Shown here: piece after piece, positions 1 to 11,689 of the stretch
Layout of the letters: the number at the start of each line of letters is the position of its first letter
Numbering within the stretch: position 1 is the stretch's first letter
Program-made: the position numbers and the translations under genes
The notes under the pieces: generated by a model
Database searches by the model: none
Told to the model about the DNA's origin: nothing
Seen by the model: the letters and a program-made list of their open reading frames with translations, nothing else
From: Eledone cirrhosa
Lineage: Eukaryota
Assembly: GCA_964016885.1 (NCBI GenBank)
Contig: OZ024745.1
Location: 64,046,001-64,110,000 of the forward strand
Length of the DNA: 64,000 nt
Reading direction: 5' to 3'

Positions 1-340
1 GTCTTTGCCTAAACTTACCTGTGATTTGTGTGGTCGGCTTTTTGCTTCCATACCGGGTCTAAAAAATGGCCTGGAGTGTAGGGAATATTCTCAAAGAAGC
101 CATTATTGTGTAGGCTGTATTATAGTAGGGGCCTGCCCTATCGAAAATGGCTTGGTTAGAAGAGATGTTAGAGATTCACTTATTTATTTTCTTAACCAAA
201 GTTTTGAAGTCTATAGGGTGTGGTAGGAGATATTGTGTATGTATCTAAGGTTTTCGCTAGGCTTATGGGAGGGTTTTGGGTTGAAATCTAAGAAGTTAAA
301 ACAAGTGAGGTTGTTGGATACGTTGAGAAGAACGTAGGCC
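1..340 (-). pseudogene. Degraded Penelope-like RT/thumb fragment
   Basis: Minus-strand translation across frameshifts gives NFLDFN..HKPSENLRYIHNISYH..ISNISSNQAIFDRAGPYYN, matching NFLDIT..HKLNENLNYVNFNSNHP..ISRISSNRKIFDEKAQYYN in the 5720..7753 ORF. Confidence 0.7.
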
Positions 341-529
341 AATATAGTACTCAATGCATATTTGGATACAGAGTACTTAGATAATTATTAAAATCATTAG
401 TGATTTATATTTCACTCGAAATATATACATACATTAGACCCTTCTCTACTTCTGTTTTTTATTGCGCTCTTCCAAGTTAATTCTATATACATACAAGTGC
501 GTATGATATACGTGAGGTTGCATACACAC

Positions 530-537
530 TCACACAG

Positions 538-592
<55 letters not shown>

Positions 593-879
593 TATATATA
601 TATATATTATATATATATATATATTATATATATATATATTATATATATATATATATTATATATATAATATATTATATATATATATATATTATATATATAA
701 TATATTATATATATATATATATTATATATATAATATATTATATATATATATATATTATATATATATATATATATTATATATATTATATATATATATATAT
801 TATATATATAATATATTATATATATAATATATTATATATATATATATATTATATATATATATATTATATATATATATAT

Positions 880-913
<34 letters not shown>

Positions 914-934
914 ATTATATATATATATATATAT

Positions 935-1012
<78 letters not shown>

Positions 1013-1047
1013 ATATATATATATATATTATATATATATATATTATA

Positions 1048-1129
<82 letters not shown>
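530..1129. repeat. (CA)n then long interrupted (TA)n microsatellite
   Basis: Directly visible; TA runs punctuated by TT/AA phase shifts. Confidence 0.97.
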
Positions 1130-1131
<2 letters not shown>

Positions 1132-1487
1132 AGGAAGTTATAGTTCACTTGAAGCATTGTGTAATGAGGTATAAAAGTTTGTATATGTATAATAAAGCCA
1201 AAACAATGCAGGTATGGACATAGAATAAAGAATGCAAATGCAAAGGATATTGTTGACAATTAGTCTTTTACCTTAGATTTATTTAAATGTCCTTAATTTT
1301 CGAGATAATATATCTTCTTCGGAGGGAAGTAAAGCGGTTAAACCAGTGTTCTAAATAGCTTGCCAAGTCATGCTGACAGGAAATGGTATAGAGTATCTGT
1401 TCTATCTCTAATATCGAAGATATTAGAGATAGAACAGATGGGCTGCAGTCATGTCCGAGGTCCCGGACTCATCCAGCTGTCGATTTA

Positions 1488-2636
1488 TTGACGGACTGCG
1501 TGGTCGCAGAGGACATCCACTGCTACGGCCTCCATCCGACGGACATACACCAGCTTTTGTCCTTCACAGTGGACAACATGTACTTCACCTTCCACCACCA
1601 CACATACAGACAGACAACAGGATTACCCATGGGATCCAGCCTATCGGGCATGCTGGCCATCACCTATATGAACCAGCTAGAATGCCGAGCCCTCAACACC
1701 TGCCATTCCCATACCTTCTTCACCCGATATGTATATGACATACTCATCCTTACATCATCCTGTGAGGAGGCGGATAAAATATACACAACATTCTCCAGCA
1801 TGGACGCCAGTATAAAGTTCAGCATGGAACACCCCGATGACCGCGGATCCCTATCCCTACTGGACTTCCAACTCAGGGTAACAGAGGAAGGCAACATCCA
1901 CACCTGCTTCTATAAAAACGCCGCCAGCAGGGACCTGTTCGTACATTTCAGATCGACCCTCCCAGCCGGCGCTAAGTTCGGATACATAAGGAACGAACTA
2001 ACACGTATCTGGAACAAATGCACCGACGCTAGAGACCGAGACACACACACCACACATTTCCTGGAAGTACTCAAACTGAACGGATACACGACATCCACCA
2101 CAAACCGTGCCAGAAAGAACAGAAGACACCACACCCGAAGCACTAACACTTGCTTCCTGAAGCTCCCACACTTCAGTGACGAAACAACAACAGCCATCCG
2201 CAGAGCTATCAGACGAGAGGGACTAGATATCCAACTAGCCCACTCAGGTCCTTCTCTACGCGGACAGCTAACCAAAAGACACTCCACCAGACATGACAAC
2301 CGCTGCAGGCTAGCCAACTGCCCCATCAACGACACAGACCTATGCCACCAGGCTTACGTCGTATACAGACTAGAGTGCGACAAATGCAGCAACTTCTACG
2401 TAGGTAGCACCACCAGACCACTCCACATAAGAATAAAAGAACACCTCAATACTAACGCTTCCTCATTTAAGAAACACCTAGTTAAATGCGAAAACACCGA
2501 CAAAACCATAACAGTTAGGATAGAAAATAAGGAAAGAAACCTCGGCAATCTTAGAATTAAGGAAGCACTAATTATAGACAAAACACAACCACCAATCAAT
2601 AATAGACTAGAACTCAACACCCAATGTATAACTTGA
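1488..2636 (+). CDS. PLE RT (C-terminal part) plus GIY-YIG endonuclease, Penelope/Poseidon-like; catalytic YxDD mutated to YVYD
   Basis: [73 protein letters not shown]. Confidence 0.9.
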   Translation: MTDCVVAEDIHCYGLHPTDIHQLLSFTVDNMYFTFHHHTYRQTTGLPMGSSLSGMLAITYMNQLECRALNTCHSHTFFTRYVYDILILTSSCEEADKIYTTFSSMDASIKFSMEHPDDRGSLSLLDFQLRVTEEGNIHTCFYKNAASRDLFVHFRSTLPAGAKFGYIRNELTRIWNKCTDARDRDTHTTHFLEVLKLNGYTTSTTNRARKNRRHHTRSTNTCFLKLPHFSDETTTAIRRAIRREGLDIQLAHSGPSLRGQLTKRHSTRHDNRCRLANCPINDTDLCHQAYVVYRLECDKCSNFYVGSTTRPLHIRIKEHLNTNASSFKKHLVKCENTDKTITVRIENKERNLGNLRIKEALIIDKTQPPINNRLELNTQCIT

Positions 2637-3030
2637 TAGAGCATCTAGCCCCATATTTACACCACCCCCTCCCACACACACACACACACACACGCACACA
2701 CACACACATACACACGCTTACACCTCCACTTATTCTCTCTCACACACACACATACAAAGACCAGTTCTAACATGAGATAACATCTATCCCCCACATTTAC
2801 GTATAGACATATCTTCTCACACTCACACACACATACTTACACCTTCACGCATTCTCCCACACACTTAAACAGGCATGTACAATTTAAAAAAAACCCTTTT
2901 AAAGGGAGACTACTCTTTATCCACCTAACCTTAACTCTTCGATATTAGAGATAGAACAGATACTCTATACCATTTCCTGTCAGCATGACTTGGCAAGCTA
3001 TTTAGAACACTGGTTTAACCACTTTACTTC

Positions 3031-3065
3031 CCTCCGAAGAAGATATATTATCTCGAAAATTAAGG
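3031..3065 (+). ncRNA. Minimal type I hammerhead-like motif with variant core CCGAAGA (mirror copy 1291-1325, minus)
   Basis: cct-CCGAAGA-agata(tat)tatct-c-GAAA-at-TA-agg: stem I cct/agg, 5-bp stem II, palindromic AATT at stem III. Confidence 0.6.
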
Positions 3066-3275
3066 ACATTTAAATAAATCTAAGGTAAAAGTCTAATTGT
3101 CAACAATATCCTTTGCATTTGCATTCTTTATTCTATGTCCATACCTGCATTGTTTTGGCTTTATTATACATATACAAACGTTTATATATATATATATATA
3201 TATATTAAAAGATTCAGGAACCCGACAGCCCAGCACCGACCGTTTCAACATCTAGACCCGAACTATTATATATAT

Positions 3276-3469
3276 AATAGAAATTGAAGTTTTCGCCGTA
3301 TTTTTGCCTAAAGCAATTTTAGCCTGATAGTGGCGTTTACTTCCCTGTAAGAAATGGAAAATGCTGAGTATTAACGTACATTTTTTTCCATTTATTAGAG
3401 GCTTATGAACACCGCTATCGGGGTAAAATTTCTTTAGTCAAAAATACGACGAAAGCATCTATTTCTATT
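3276..3469. repeat. Imperfect palindrome (~63-bp arms), old MITE or fold-back
   Basis: aatagaaattgaagttttcgccgtatttttgcctaaag... pairs with ...ctttagtcaaaaatacgacgaaagcatctatttctatt with about 11 mismatches. Confidence 0.65.
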
Positions 3470-3507
3470 TTCAAACTCGCTTGCTGTTTCAAAAACTAAC
3501 TTATATA

Positions 3508-3538
<31 letters not shown>

Positions 3539-3960
3539 CCAGGGAGTGTAACTTGGTGTTACTGTGGGTTCACCCGGGTGAGCACTCGATGTTTAGGTTC
3601 ACTTCAGTGTCGAGGTGTAGTGTTAGACAGTGTATTCTAGTGAAATAAAATAACAAGGACGATTGGTTACTCCTTCATTGCGTTTATTGGTTGGTGACGC
3701 GCATTTCGCCTCTGATCAGCTCAAGGTACGATCTGTATCGATCTATCCCAACTCTGTAATCCGCGGTTCGTCGGACCCCTTGTAATAGTAATGGGAAAAT
3801 GTTTCCATTACCATTACAAGGGGTCCGACGAACCGCAGATTACAGAGTTGGGATAGATCGATACAGATCGTACCTTGAGCTGATCAGAGGCGAAATGCGC
3901 GTCACCAACCAATAAACGCAATGAAGGAGTAACCAATCGTCCTTGTTATTTTATTTCACT

Positions 3961-3961
<1 letters not shown>
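3539..3961 (+). mobile_element. Solo fold-back of a probable PLE 3' end between two (TA)n tracts
   Basis: Near-perfect palindrome 3638-3961 (~157-bp arms) plus ~100-bp unpaired left extension; hammerhead-like motif at 3822-3906. Confidence 0.65.
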
Positions 3962-3984
<23 letters not shown>

Positions 3985-3991
<7 letters not shown>

Positions 3992-4545
3992 AAGTTATAT
4001 TTAAAATTGTTGGGTTACAACTAGTAAATATTTATAACTGATATAAAAGCACTCGACAAATATTTGGAGTATATTTACAATATTAAATAAATGGAAAACT
4101 ATATTTATAAAACCATATCTATTTCATTATATATATTTCGGGGATATCATATTAACAATATGCTATGCCTTCATCAGACAAAATACAATATAAACAGTTT
4201 TATAGATAAATATATTCGACATACCGTAATAAACATCAACTTCATTTGAAGAGGTTTACTCTAGCAGTGAAAATACAGAGAGAAAGAAAGAGAGAAAGAA
4301 AAGAGGGAAAAACGAAAGAAAGAAAGACAAAACGAAGAGAAGGAAGAAAAAGAAGAAAAAGAAAAAGAAGAAATGCATGGAACAAAATAGAGAGATGGAA
4401 AAATAGATAAAGTGAAGAGCTTCATGTAAAGAGACAGAAAGATATATATATATATATAGAGAGAGGAAATAGAGATAGATACATATATATAGAGAGAAAA
4501 TTAGGTAGTGGGAGGTCATTTTGAGTAAGTGTATCAATGATACAT

Positions 4546-4580
<35 letters not shown>

Positions 4581-7500
4581 GCTCAAGTATTAATGTAAGG
4601 GAGATATATAGAGAGATATAGAGAGATATAGAGAGAGAAAGAAATTTAAAAATATCCAGACATATTCGAGGCGTAGAAAACCCTATGTTTTAATGTATTA
4701 GTATTTATAAAACTTACACTACACTGTAAATATCAGTATTCCTGAATGAAACAAGTATTCACAATGTGTGAAAATTCATTATCTTATGTTTAGTTTTAAA
4801 AATTCATATGTCTATGTGACAGCTACAAATCTCAATGTGAATCCAACTGATTCACTCCGCAAACTCTAAGTTATCGGAAAACATTCTCAATGTGGTATAA
4901 AAATTTGAGCGTATTATTATTCTTGCGATTACTCTACAAGATTATCTATCAAGCAGAAATAGAGAGCAGATTTCAATATACTAATCGAAAATATATATTA
5001 TATTATAAACATAATAATAAGTAAAAATATAGAATAGAAAACTAAAAAAATATTACGAAAGAATATTACATAATAAAAATATTGCATATTAAAAATACTA
5101 CGTATTAAAAAATATTACGTATTAAAGATTTACATATAAAAATTTACATATAAAAATATACATATAAAAATTTACATATAAAAATTTACATATAAAAATA
5201 TATAAAAATATTAAAAAAATAAATAAAATAAAAATAAAAATATTATAGAATACTACAATACTAAAAGAATAAAAGTAAAAATAAAAATAAAAATAAAAAT
5301 AAAAATGAAAATAAAAATAAAAATAAACCACAAAAAAAAAAAAAAAAAAAAAAACAACCCTTCAAAGTTAATTGACAATATATTGCCACGTTCATTACAA
5401 GACAAAGCCAAAAATTATCTATCAAATCACATCTAGCAAAGAATATCGTAAAAAGATTATGATGTCCAATTATGTCTACATATGTTCCTATGTTTAATAT
5501 AGAAGTTTATCTAGTGTAAGGTTAATTCAAAAAATTTGGAGCATCGGCTTTTAGGGTAGCTTAATTTTTCATGAGGAATGTTTAGATAAAAATAAAAATA
5601 AAAATAAATAAAATAAAATAAAATAAACAATAAAAAGAGTAAAACGAGGGAATCAAAGATTTAGGAATCAAAAGATTTATCGGCTAGTTCTCATATAAAT
5701 ATAAATCAAACTAAATATACTACATTTTAAATTTAAATTTATATTTAAACGTTGAGTTTAATCTATGTTTGCAACAACTGAATAAATTTGTCCGTAGGTT
5801 AAGGGAGTTTTTAGATTTTAGTATAAAGAATATCTCCTCTGCACAGAGGTCACATGTCTCAGAGGATGAATTAAAAGGAATCCCTCTTGAGACTATATTC
5901 CAAGCCGTCGAATATCTAACGTTATCTAGCTTAAGTTGCCAGAGTACCCCTGATAGTGCCGTTGAAGATTTTTTATTTGGATCTGTGAAAGAATTCTTGT
6001 GGTTATTATAGCGAAGTTTAAATTCCGTCGATGTGGAACCGACGTAGTTAAAAGAATTAGAGTCAGTATTAACATTACAATTGTATACTATATTTTTAAC
6101 TAAGCAGTTGTTATTTAACGGACATTTAGATCTATCTCTACAGTTACATTTGTTAACTTGTATATTATTTATGCTATTATCAGTAGGTTTTAAGTTCCTA
6201 TTATTTATTCTATTAATATTTTGTGCTAAATTTTTGGTGGATGAGTAGGTTAATTTAATTGTATGCCTATTGAAGATTGAGTGATACCTATGTGTTCTAG
6301 GGAAGCGATTATCAAGAGCTTTGAAAAATAATTTAGCGATGTGGGTTTTAATGTTTAGTGAGAAAGGGGGGGCAAACCAAATTATGTTCCTAGTTCTATT
6401 TCTTTTTTGTCCTTTGGAATTATTGTAATGCTTTCTATTATAGTTGTTAATGTTGTTGCCGTAATTAAAAAAGTTGTTACTTTGTTTAGTTTGTCTATCA
6501 TTATCTATGTATACAATCTTATCAGCATACCCTGCCCTAGCTAGTGCATCATTATAGTATTGGGCCTTTTCGTCAAAAATCTTTCTATTCGACGAGATCC
6601 TAGAGATACGTTTTTGGACTGAGTTTACTATAGTGTTTTTGACAGATCTGGGGTGGTTAGAGTTAAAGTTGACATAGTTTAAGTTTTCATTCAACTTGTG
6701 AAAAGGATAGTGGAGACATGTGTTGAGATTTAATGTTATATCTAGGAAATTGACTATTCTATGGTTGTTCTCAATTTCTATTTTAAGGTTAAAGTAATTA
6801 AAAAATTTTGTAATTTGTTTACATTTTCTATTTAGTTCAGGGTTATTATTATTAATAAGTAAAAGCATGTCATCCCTATATAAACCTCCGGTAGTACCAG
6901 GTATTTTCCTATGTAGCGAATTGATTAAAAATAAGCCCACAAGGTCAGTTACCTGAGCTAAGTCGGAAGATCCCATAGTTATGTCAAAATTGCTATCTCT
7001 ATCTGCTCTAGTCCATAATTTGTCATTAAATTCTATCAGAGTTTTCCTAGCCGATAATATAATATGCATTTCTTTGCTAGTTAGGTCCGTATGTTTGAAT
7101 GCGTAATTTAGTGCCCTATTTAGTAGACTAGGGGTAATAGAAGAATAATAGTTAGCTATATCAAGTTGAATAAACCTATTATTATTGTCATATTTAATTT
7201 GCCTAAACCACTCAACAACCTCTCCAGTTCCCTTCCACAAGCTCAGGTTAGATACACAATCCAAGTTCTTAATTTGCAGTATCACCCTGTCAAGAATGCT
7301 TTTACTTAATTTTCCCAGGTCCGATTTTGAAGGTGCGATCAATCTCACTGGCAGGTCATTTTCAAAATTGCTCTTGTGGTCCTTCATATTGATCTTCGGT
7401 TTCCTGGGCACGAAAGGTTGTGTTCTGTTCTCAATTTCCAACTCATGCATTATACAAGATGCTTCAACATTCATTTTCTCAAGTTCGGCCTTATCTGCTA

Positions 7501-7690
7501 CCTTGTATTTTTTCCTCAGCTCTTTCAGTATGAGGCCATTATACATGTCTTTCCGCACTCCATAGAGGTTGTTGGTCTTGTCAGATTTCACCAAGATCTT
7601 CTCAGTTTTCTCTAAGCTCTCAATGTTATTCTTAATGCCTTTCAGATATTCCTGGCCTTTAAAGTTTCTCTTAAATTTGACCCCATATAT
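3985..7690 (-). mobile_element. Penelope-like element (Nematis-like motifs), 5'-truncated, ~1.7-kb 3' UTR ending in (TA)n
   Basis: ORF 5720..7753, hammerhead at 4120-4185, (TA)n at 3961-3985. Confidence 0.88.
4120..4185 (-). ncRNA. Type I hammerhead ribozyme, canonical core
   Basis: Minus strand: tattttgt-CTGATGA-aggcatagcatattgttaatatgatatcccc-GAAA-tatata-TA-atgaaata; 8-bp stem I (2 GU), imperfect stem II, palindromic stem III loop. Confidence 0.8.
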
Positions 7691-7753
7691 ATTAATATAC
7701 CAAACACGAAGCATTGTGGTCTCCCCTAATGATGGAACACATTTTAAATACAA
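5720..7753 (-). CDS. PLE RT plus GIY-YIG endonuclease, uninterrupted; first ~22 aa probably flank
   Basis: SDKTNNLY, FIQLDIANYYSSI, FDITMGSSD, GGLYRDD, NFLDITLNL, SNHP, CNCR..CPLNNNCL, NIVYNC..YVGSTSTEFKLRYNNH, CDLCAEE. Confidence 0.93.
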   Translation of the reverse strand: MYLKCVPSLGETTMLRVWYINIYGVKFKRNFKGQEYLKGIKNNIESLEKTEKILVKSDKTNNLYGVRKDMYNGLILKELRKKYKVADKAELEKMNVEASCIMHELEIENRTQPFVPRKPKINMKDHKSNFENDLPVRLIAPSKSDLGKLSKSILDRVILQIKNLDCVSNLSLWKGTGEVVEWFRQIKYDNNNRFIQLDIANYYSSITPSLLNRALNYAFKHTDLTSKEMHIILSARKTLIEFNDKLWTRADRDSNFDITMGSSDLAQVTDLVGLFLINSLHRKIPGTTGGLYRDDMLLLINNNNPELNRKCKQITKFFNYFNLKIEIENNHRIVNFLDITLNLNTCLHYPFHKLNENLNYVNFNSNHPRSVKNTIVNSVQKRISRISSNRKIFDEKAQYYNDALARAGYADKIVYIDNDRQTKQSNNFFNYGNNINNYNRKHYNNSKGQKRNRTRNIIWFAPPFSLNIKTHIAKLFFKALDNRFPRTHRYHSIFNRHTIKLTYSSTKNLAQNINRINNRNLKPTDNSINNIQVNKCNCRDRSKCPLNNNCLVKNIVYNCNVNTDSNSFNYVGSTSTEFKLRYNNHKNSFTDPNKKSSTALSGVLWQLKLDNVRYSTAWNIVSRGIPFNSSSETCDLCAEEIFFILKSKNSLNLRTNLFSCCKHRLNSTFKYKFKFKM

Positions 7754-8849
7754 ATACTATGGATTATAATGACATTGATATATATTTATTAGATAATAAA
7801 TTGTAGCACGTTATTATGGGACACCATGTATATTAAATATTTTTTGTCAGCTATCACAAAATATGTACATTGTTCAAATTGGATCATTCCAAAGATAAAT
7901 CGACCTTTGTAACCTTAGTACATAATTTGTTTTACACACTTGAGTGTAACGATGGCGCTCGCTCGAATGAATGCATTCAGAAAATAGTGGATCATGTCTC
8001 AAATGAATTTATTGCTTCTAAAATTACAATCCGCCTGGAAAAAATTAAGATCGTGTTCACACTTGATCCAAGTAGGCCGTATATGGAATCATATTTGTCT
8101 TTTCGATGGAACAAGATTTGATTTAGTGTGTACTTTTGTATACCTTGGTAGCTCAGTCTCCAAGTTTAGTTTCCTTGACTCCAGTCACGTTTGGGAAATT
8201 CCATAACCATGTCTATTTAGAGAGGAACTTAAAACTGTTTATCAAGCTTTATGTATTGCTTGCATAATCAGATCACTTCTCTGTGAGTAATTGAACCCCT
8301 GCATCTCTTTCTTGTAATCTTGGTATAATGGTTTACGTGATTTGCTGGTATGCCTGGTTCGTAAATGGTTCTGTCAAATTTTCTGTCGTATTTTTTTCAT
8401 ATTATATTGCTTTTATTCTCGGATCAACTCAGTCAGCATGGAAATATCAAGTGTGAAACTAGGTTACCTTCAGTAGCCACTACCATACCGGCAAAGGACC
8501 TGGGCTACGGCGAAGGTAAACAATTATAGCTTGACCCGTTTGCAAACCTTAAATTTAAGCGTGAGAATTTCTTTGGTTGTAATAGTGTAATGGTTTATGT
8601 GAATGTCCGATATACAACAGTTACGTTGTTCGGTTCAGGAGGCTGGTCCCGGCCATTTATCCATAATATTTTACGTTTGCAAATGTATTACTTCAGTTTA
8701 TCAAACACGTTTAAAAACAATTGACTGAATCTAAAATAAGGGAAGTAATTGGGTTGTCGTATTTGGATATCTATTTGTCTGACGTTAAGTGTTATATTTG
8801 GTCTAGTGAGGTGTTGGTTGTTTTAGCCTGATTGTTACATATCTTTAAG

Positions 8850-9020
8850 TGGATTTCGGTGACGATAATGTTTGCCTGTGTTTAAGTCTAACGCTATATA
8901 TAGAAAGTTTGATTTTGAGGTTGAATGAGTTAAGTGTTCTGTTTAATATTTTCTTCTTATCTTACCGTTATGGCTGTCATACAGTAAACGGTTAGCACGT
9001 CATCTCTAAATAGCGCCATG
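8850..9020 (-). pseudogene. Old PLE RT remnant
   Basis: ALFRDDVLTV ... NSFNLKIK ... NFLYIALDLNTGKHY, aligning by eye with GLYRDDMLL..NYFNLKIE..NFLDITLNLNTCLHY. Confidence 0.6.
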
Positions 9021-9630
9021 TTAGTTGATTGCAGTCTGTTTTCTTATTGTTTTTGTTGTTGCCTTTATATGTGTGAGAGAGAGCGAGAGAGAGAGAGAGA
9101 GTGTGTGTGTGGGGGGGGGGGGGGGGGGGTGCGCGTAATATTTATAATAAGCCTAATTCTGAAAGTGCTGCTGTGTCAGTGAAGAGACTTATTGATGTAT
9201 ACATTTCTTTGCTTTCGGACCGCGAAATAACCCTGATGAGATACTTCCTTCTCTTCAGTACATCGATCAATAGCTATCGGAGAGACCTCCTCTTCCAAAT
9301 CAAATCAATAACAAAATGACTATGCTAATGCTGATGTCGGTTACAATGGTAAAAACGTTTCAGAATTATAATTCTTTCAGATTTTTTGAATGGTTGGACA
9401 TTATTCCACTATGTCGAACCTAATGGATTTGTGAATATATTATAATGTTGGGTTGTAAAGGACATTGTCGAATTACAAACAGTCGTTAACTTATGGCACG
9501 TATTATATCTACTTGTATTCTTTCTGCAGCAGATAGTTATGTGATTTATTACTGGCATGTATTTTATGTAAAATAAAACAACAAAACCTAATACAGTGTC
9601 CACTACTTTACCTTCTAAGTTCCAACTGCC

Positions 9631-11662
9631 AATAAATAAAATATATGTATGGGATGAAAGAATGGTATTTAACTAATGTAATGGTACGCGATGGGGCCCA
9701 TCCACAGCCCCGGCGGACAGAACGGAGAAGGCGCCTCCCCGGAGGACGGCAAGGGAGACGCGCCGGAAAAGCCACTCCAACTCGCAGGGTTCACACCTAC
9801 GGTTGGCCAGCTCAGCGCCTATGGTGGTGAGTAAGGAGGTAGCCCTGGGGCTGAGGACACCAGAAGTTTCCACTGCCAGGGGAACGACCGCAAACCTGTC
9901 GGAGAGCGACTGGTATTTGAGGAGTTTGGCCCCCTCAGACCGATGTGCAGCAGAACCTGGGTCAGTCGCAGACTGCACCAGGTTGCGGCTGCAGAAAGTG
10001 TCGGTGCAAGTGGCATCACAGACGAGGGGCTTGCCACCGCGGAACGGGAAGATGGTCATGCCATCTGGCCTTTTGCCGTCCCCTAGATCCAGCGCCACCG
10101 GCTCGAGCTGGGAAGGGAAGCCTGCAGCGTCCAAGCCATGCTTAATGACCTCGTTGAGGGCAGTATGGCGTGGAATGCGGCCGGCACTGTGGCAAGAGGA
10201 AAGCGGGTGGAGGCCGAAAGCGTCCAGGGTGGAACCGCAGCGACATTGGTGTGGCTGGCAGATCCGGAGGCCGAGCCTCAGGGAAACGCCGATTTGCAGG
10301 CTATGGTTGTCTAGCTACGTGCCAGGGAAGAAGGAGGGCAGAGCATGAAGCCAGGCATCACTGTGGGGTTTGGAAGCCGCACGAAAACATGCAAGGCGGT
10401 GCAGGTCGAGCTGGCGTGTGAGCCTGTCTGAGGCCAGGCTGCACTGTATGGCATCCCAAGTGCGTTGGGGGGACTTGACGTCAACAGGGGGAGAAGGAGG
10501 AGGGACGTCTACTGGGCTAAGTCCCAGCCGGTCCCACGTCTCACAGGCGGCCTCACGTTCTCTGAACACAGAGGGTTCTGTTGTGTTTTGAAGAACCCTG
10601 CTGACGAGGACGCGAAGTTACCGACGAAAGATACGCCGGCAAAGCTAGTGAGATCGGGGACCGGAGACCTAGGCCGCCATACCTGACCGGTAAAGTGGCC
10701 TGTTGCCACCCGATGTCGTCAAACTTGACGTTGCATATCCCCTCGGCTGCTGCTCGGATACAAGTATCGAGGTCAGCGAGGAGAGATGTCTGGGTGTACC
10801 ATGGAGCGCTGCGGAGTGTATAGAGGAGTTTCGGCATGGCGAAGCAGTTCCTCAGCAGAAAGAGAGCTGGGTGGCCGTCAATCAATCCCAGTCGGCTCGT
10901 GAGAGTTTGGAGCTGTTGAAGCCTGGACCTGATGGTGGATCGGATGGCCGGCGGGTGGATCGGTGACCCGAGGATGAGGACATCCTCTTTGGGGGTCACC
11001 TGAACCTGGCGGAGAATGGACCGCACGTCCAAGACGGAGGCTGCAAAGCTCACAGCATTGAGGCTGACGTTCACCACCTCCGACTTGGCCGAGTTGACCT
11101 GGAGGCCGATTCCCGCCAGGGCAGGAATCACCGATTGAAGGTCTTGGCAGACCGTCCGTACGGGCCCACCCAACGTAGAATCATCCAGATACCGAACATT
11201 GAGAGGGGCCGTGATACTCCGGGCGATGTGGTCAATACCAAGGGCGAACAGGAGGGGTCCCAAAGGGTCACCCTGTTGGACCCCAGTAGCCGAGGGTATG
11301 ACCGTATCAGCAGCTAGGAGCATGCTCGGGGCTCCATATGACAGGTACGCCAGCTGGTAGGCAGAGGGGGCTCAGCTGAGGCAGGCCTCGACCAGATGTT
11401 CCCAGCGTAAAGAGTTAAAGGCATTCCTCATGTCAAGCTTGACAATGAGGTGACTGGAGTCCCTGGATGCCGGTACCGATGGGCAGCTGCTGAAGAACTG
11501 CCTGATTGCATGAGAGGCTCCCTCACAGCCACCGGACACGCCGACACCCAGTTGCATCGGACAAACTCCTCACCCAGTTCGTGTGTGACGGACTTGCAGA
11601 TCACCCTGGCAGCCAGCCTCCGGAACACATTGCCCACAGCAGTATGCCACCCTCTTTCTTCC
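9631..11662 (-). mobile_element. CRE-clade non-LTR retrotransposon (RT plus restriction-like endonuclease), 5'-truncated, frameshifted
   Basis: AVGNVFRRLAA, QLGVGVSGGCEG, KLDMRNAFNSL, GVQQGDPLGPLLF, YLDD, QATLPVRYGGLGLR, DGKRPDG..D.TC.DT, PLAVETSG. Confidence 0.88.
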
Positions 11663-11689
11663 TGCAAACCTTTTAATTAGGGTGCTAGT

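Larger units (their letters stand above)
1130..3182 (+). mobile_element. 5'-truncated Penelope-like element with inverted 3'-end copy at its 5' side
   Basis: RT+GIY-YIG ORF 1488..2636; ~1177-1419 is the reverse complement of ~2936-3179; both ends abut (TA)n. Confidence 0.92.

Noticed and set aside
10602-10635. CTGACGA...GAAA hammerhead-like string
   Set aside because: Antisense to CRE coding sequence with no supporting stems.
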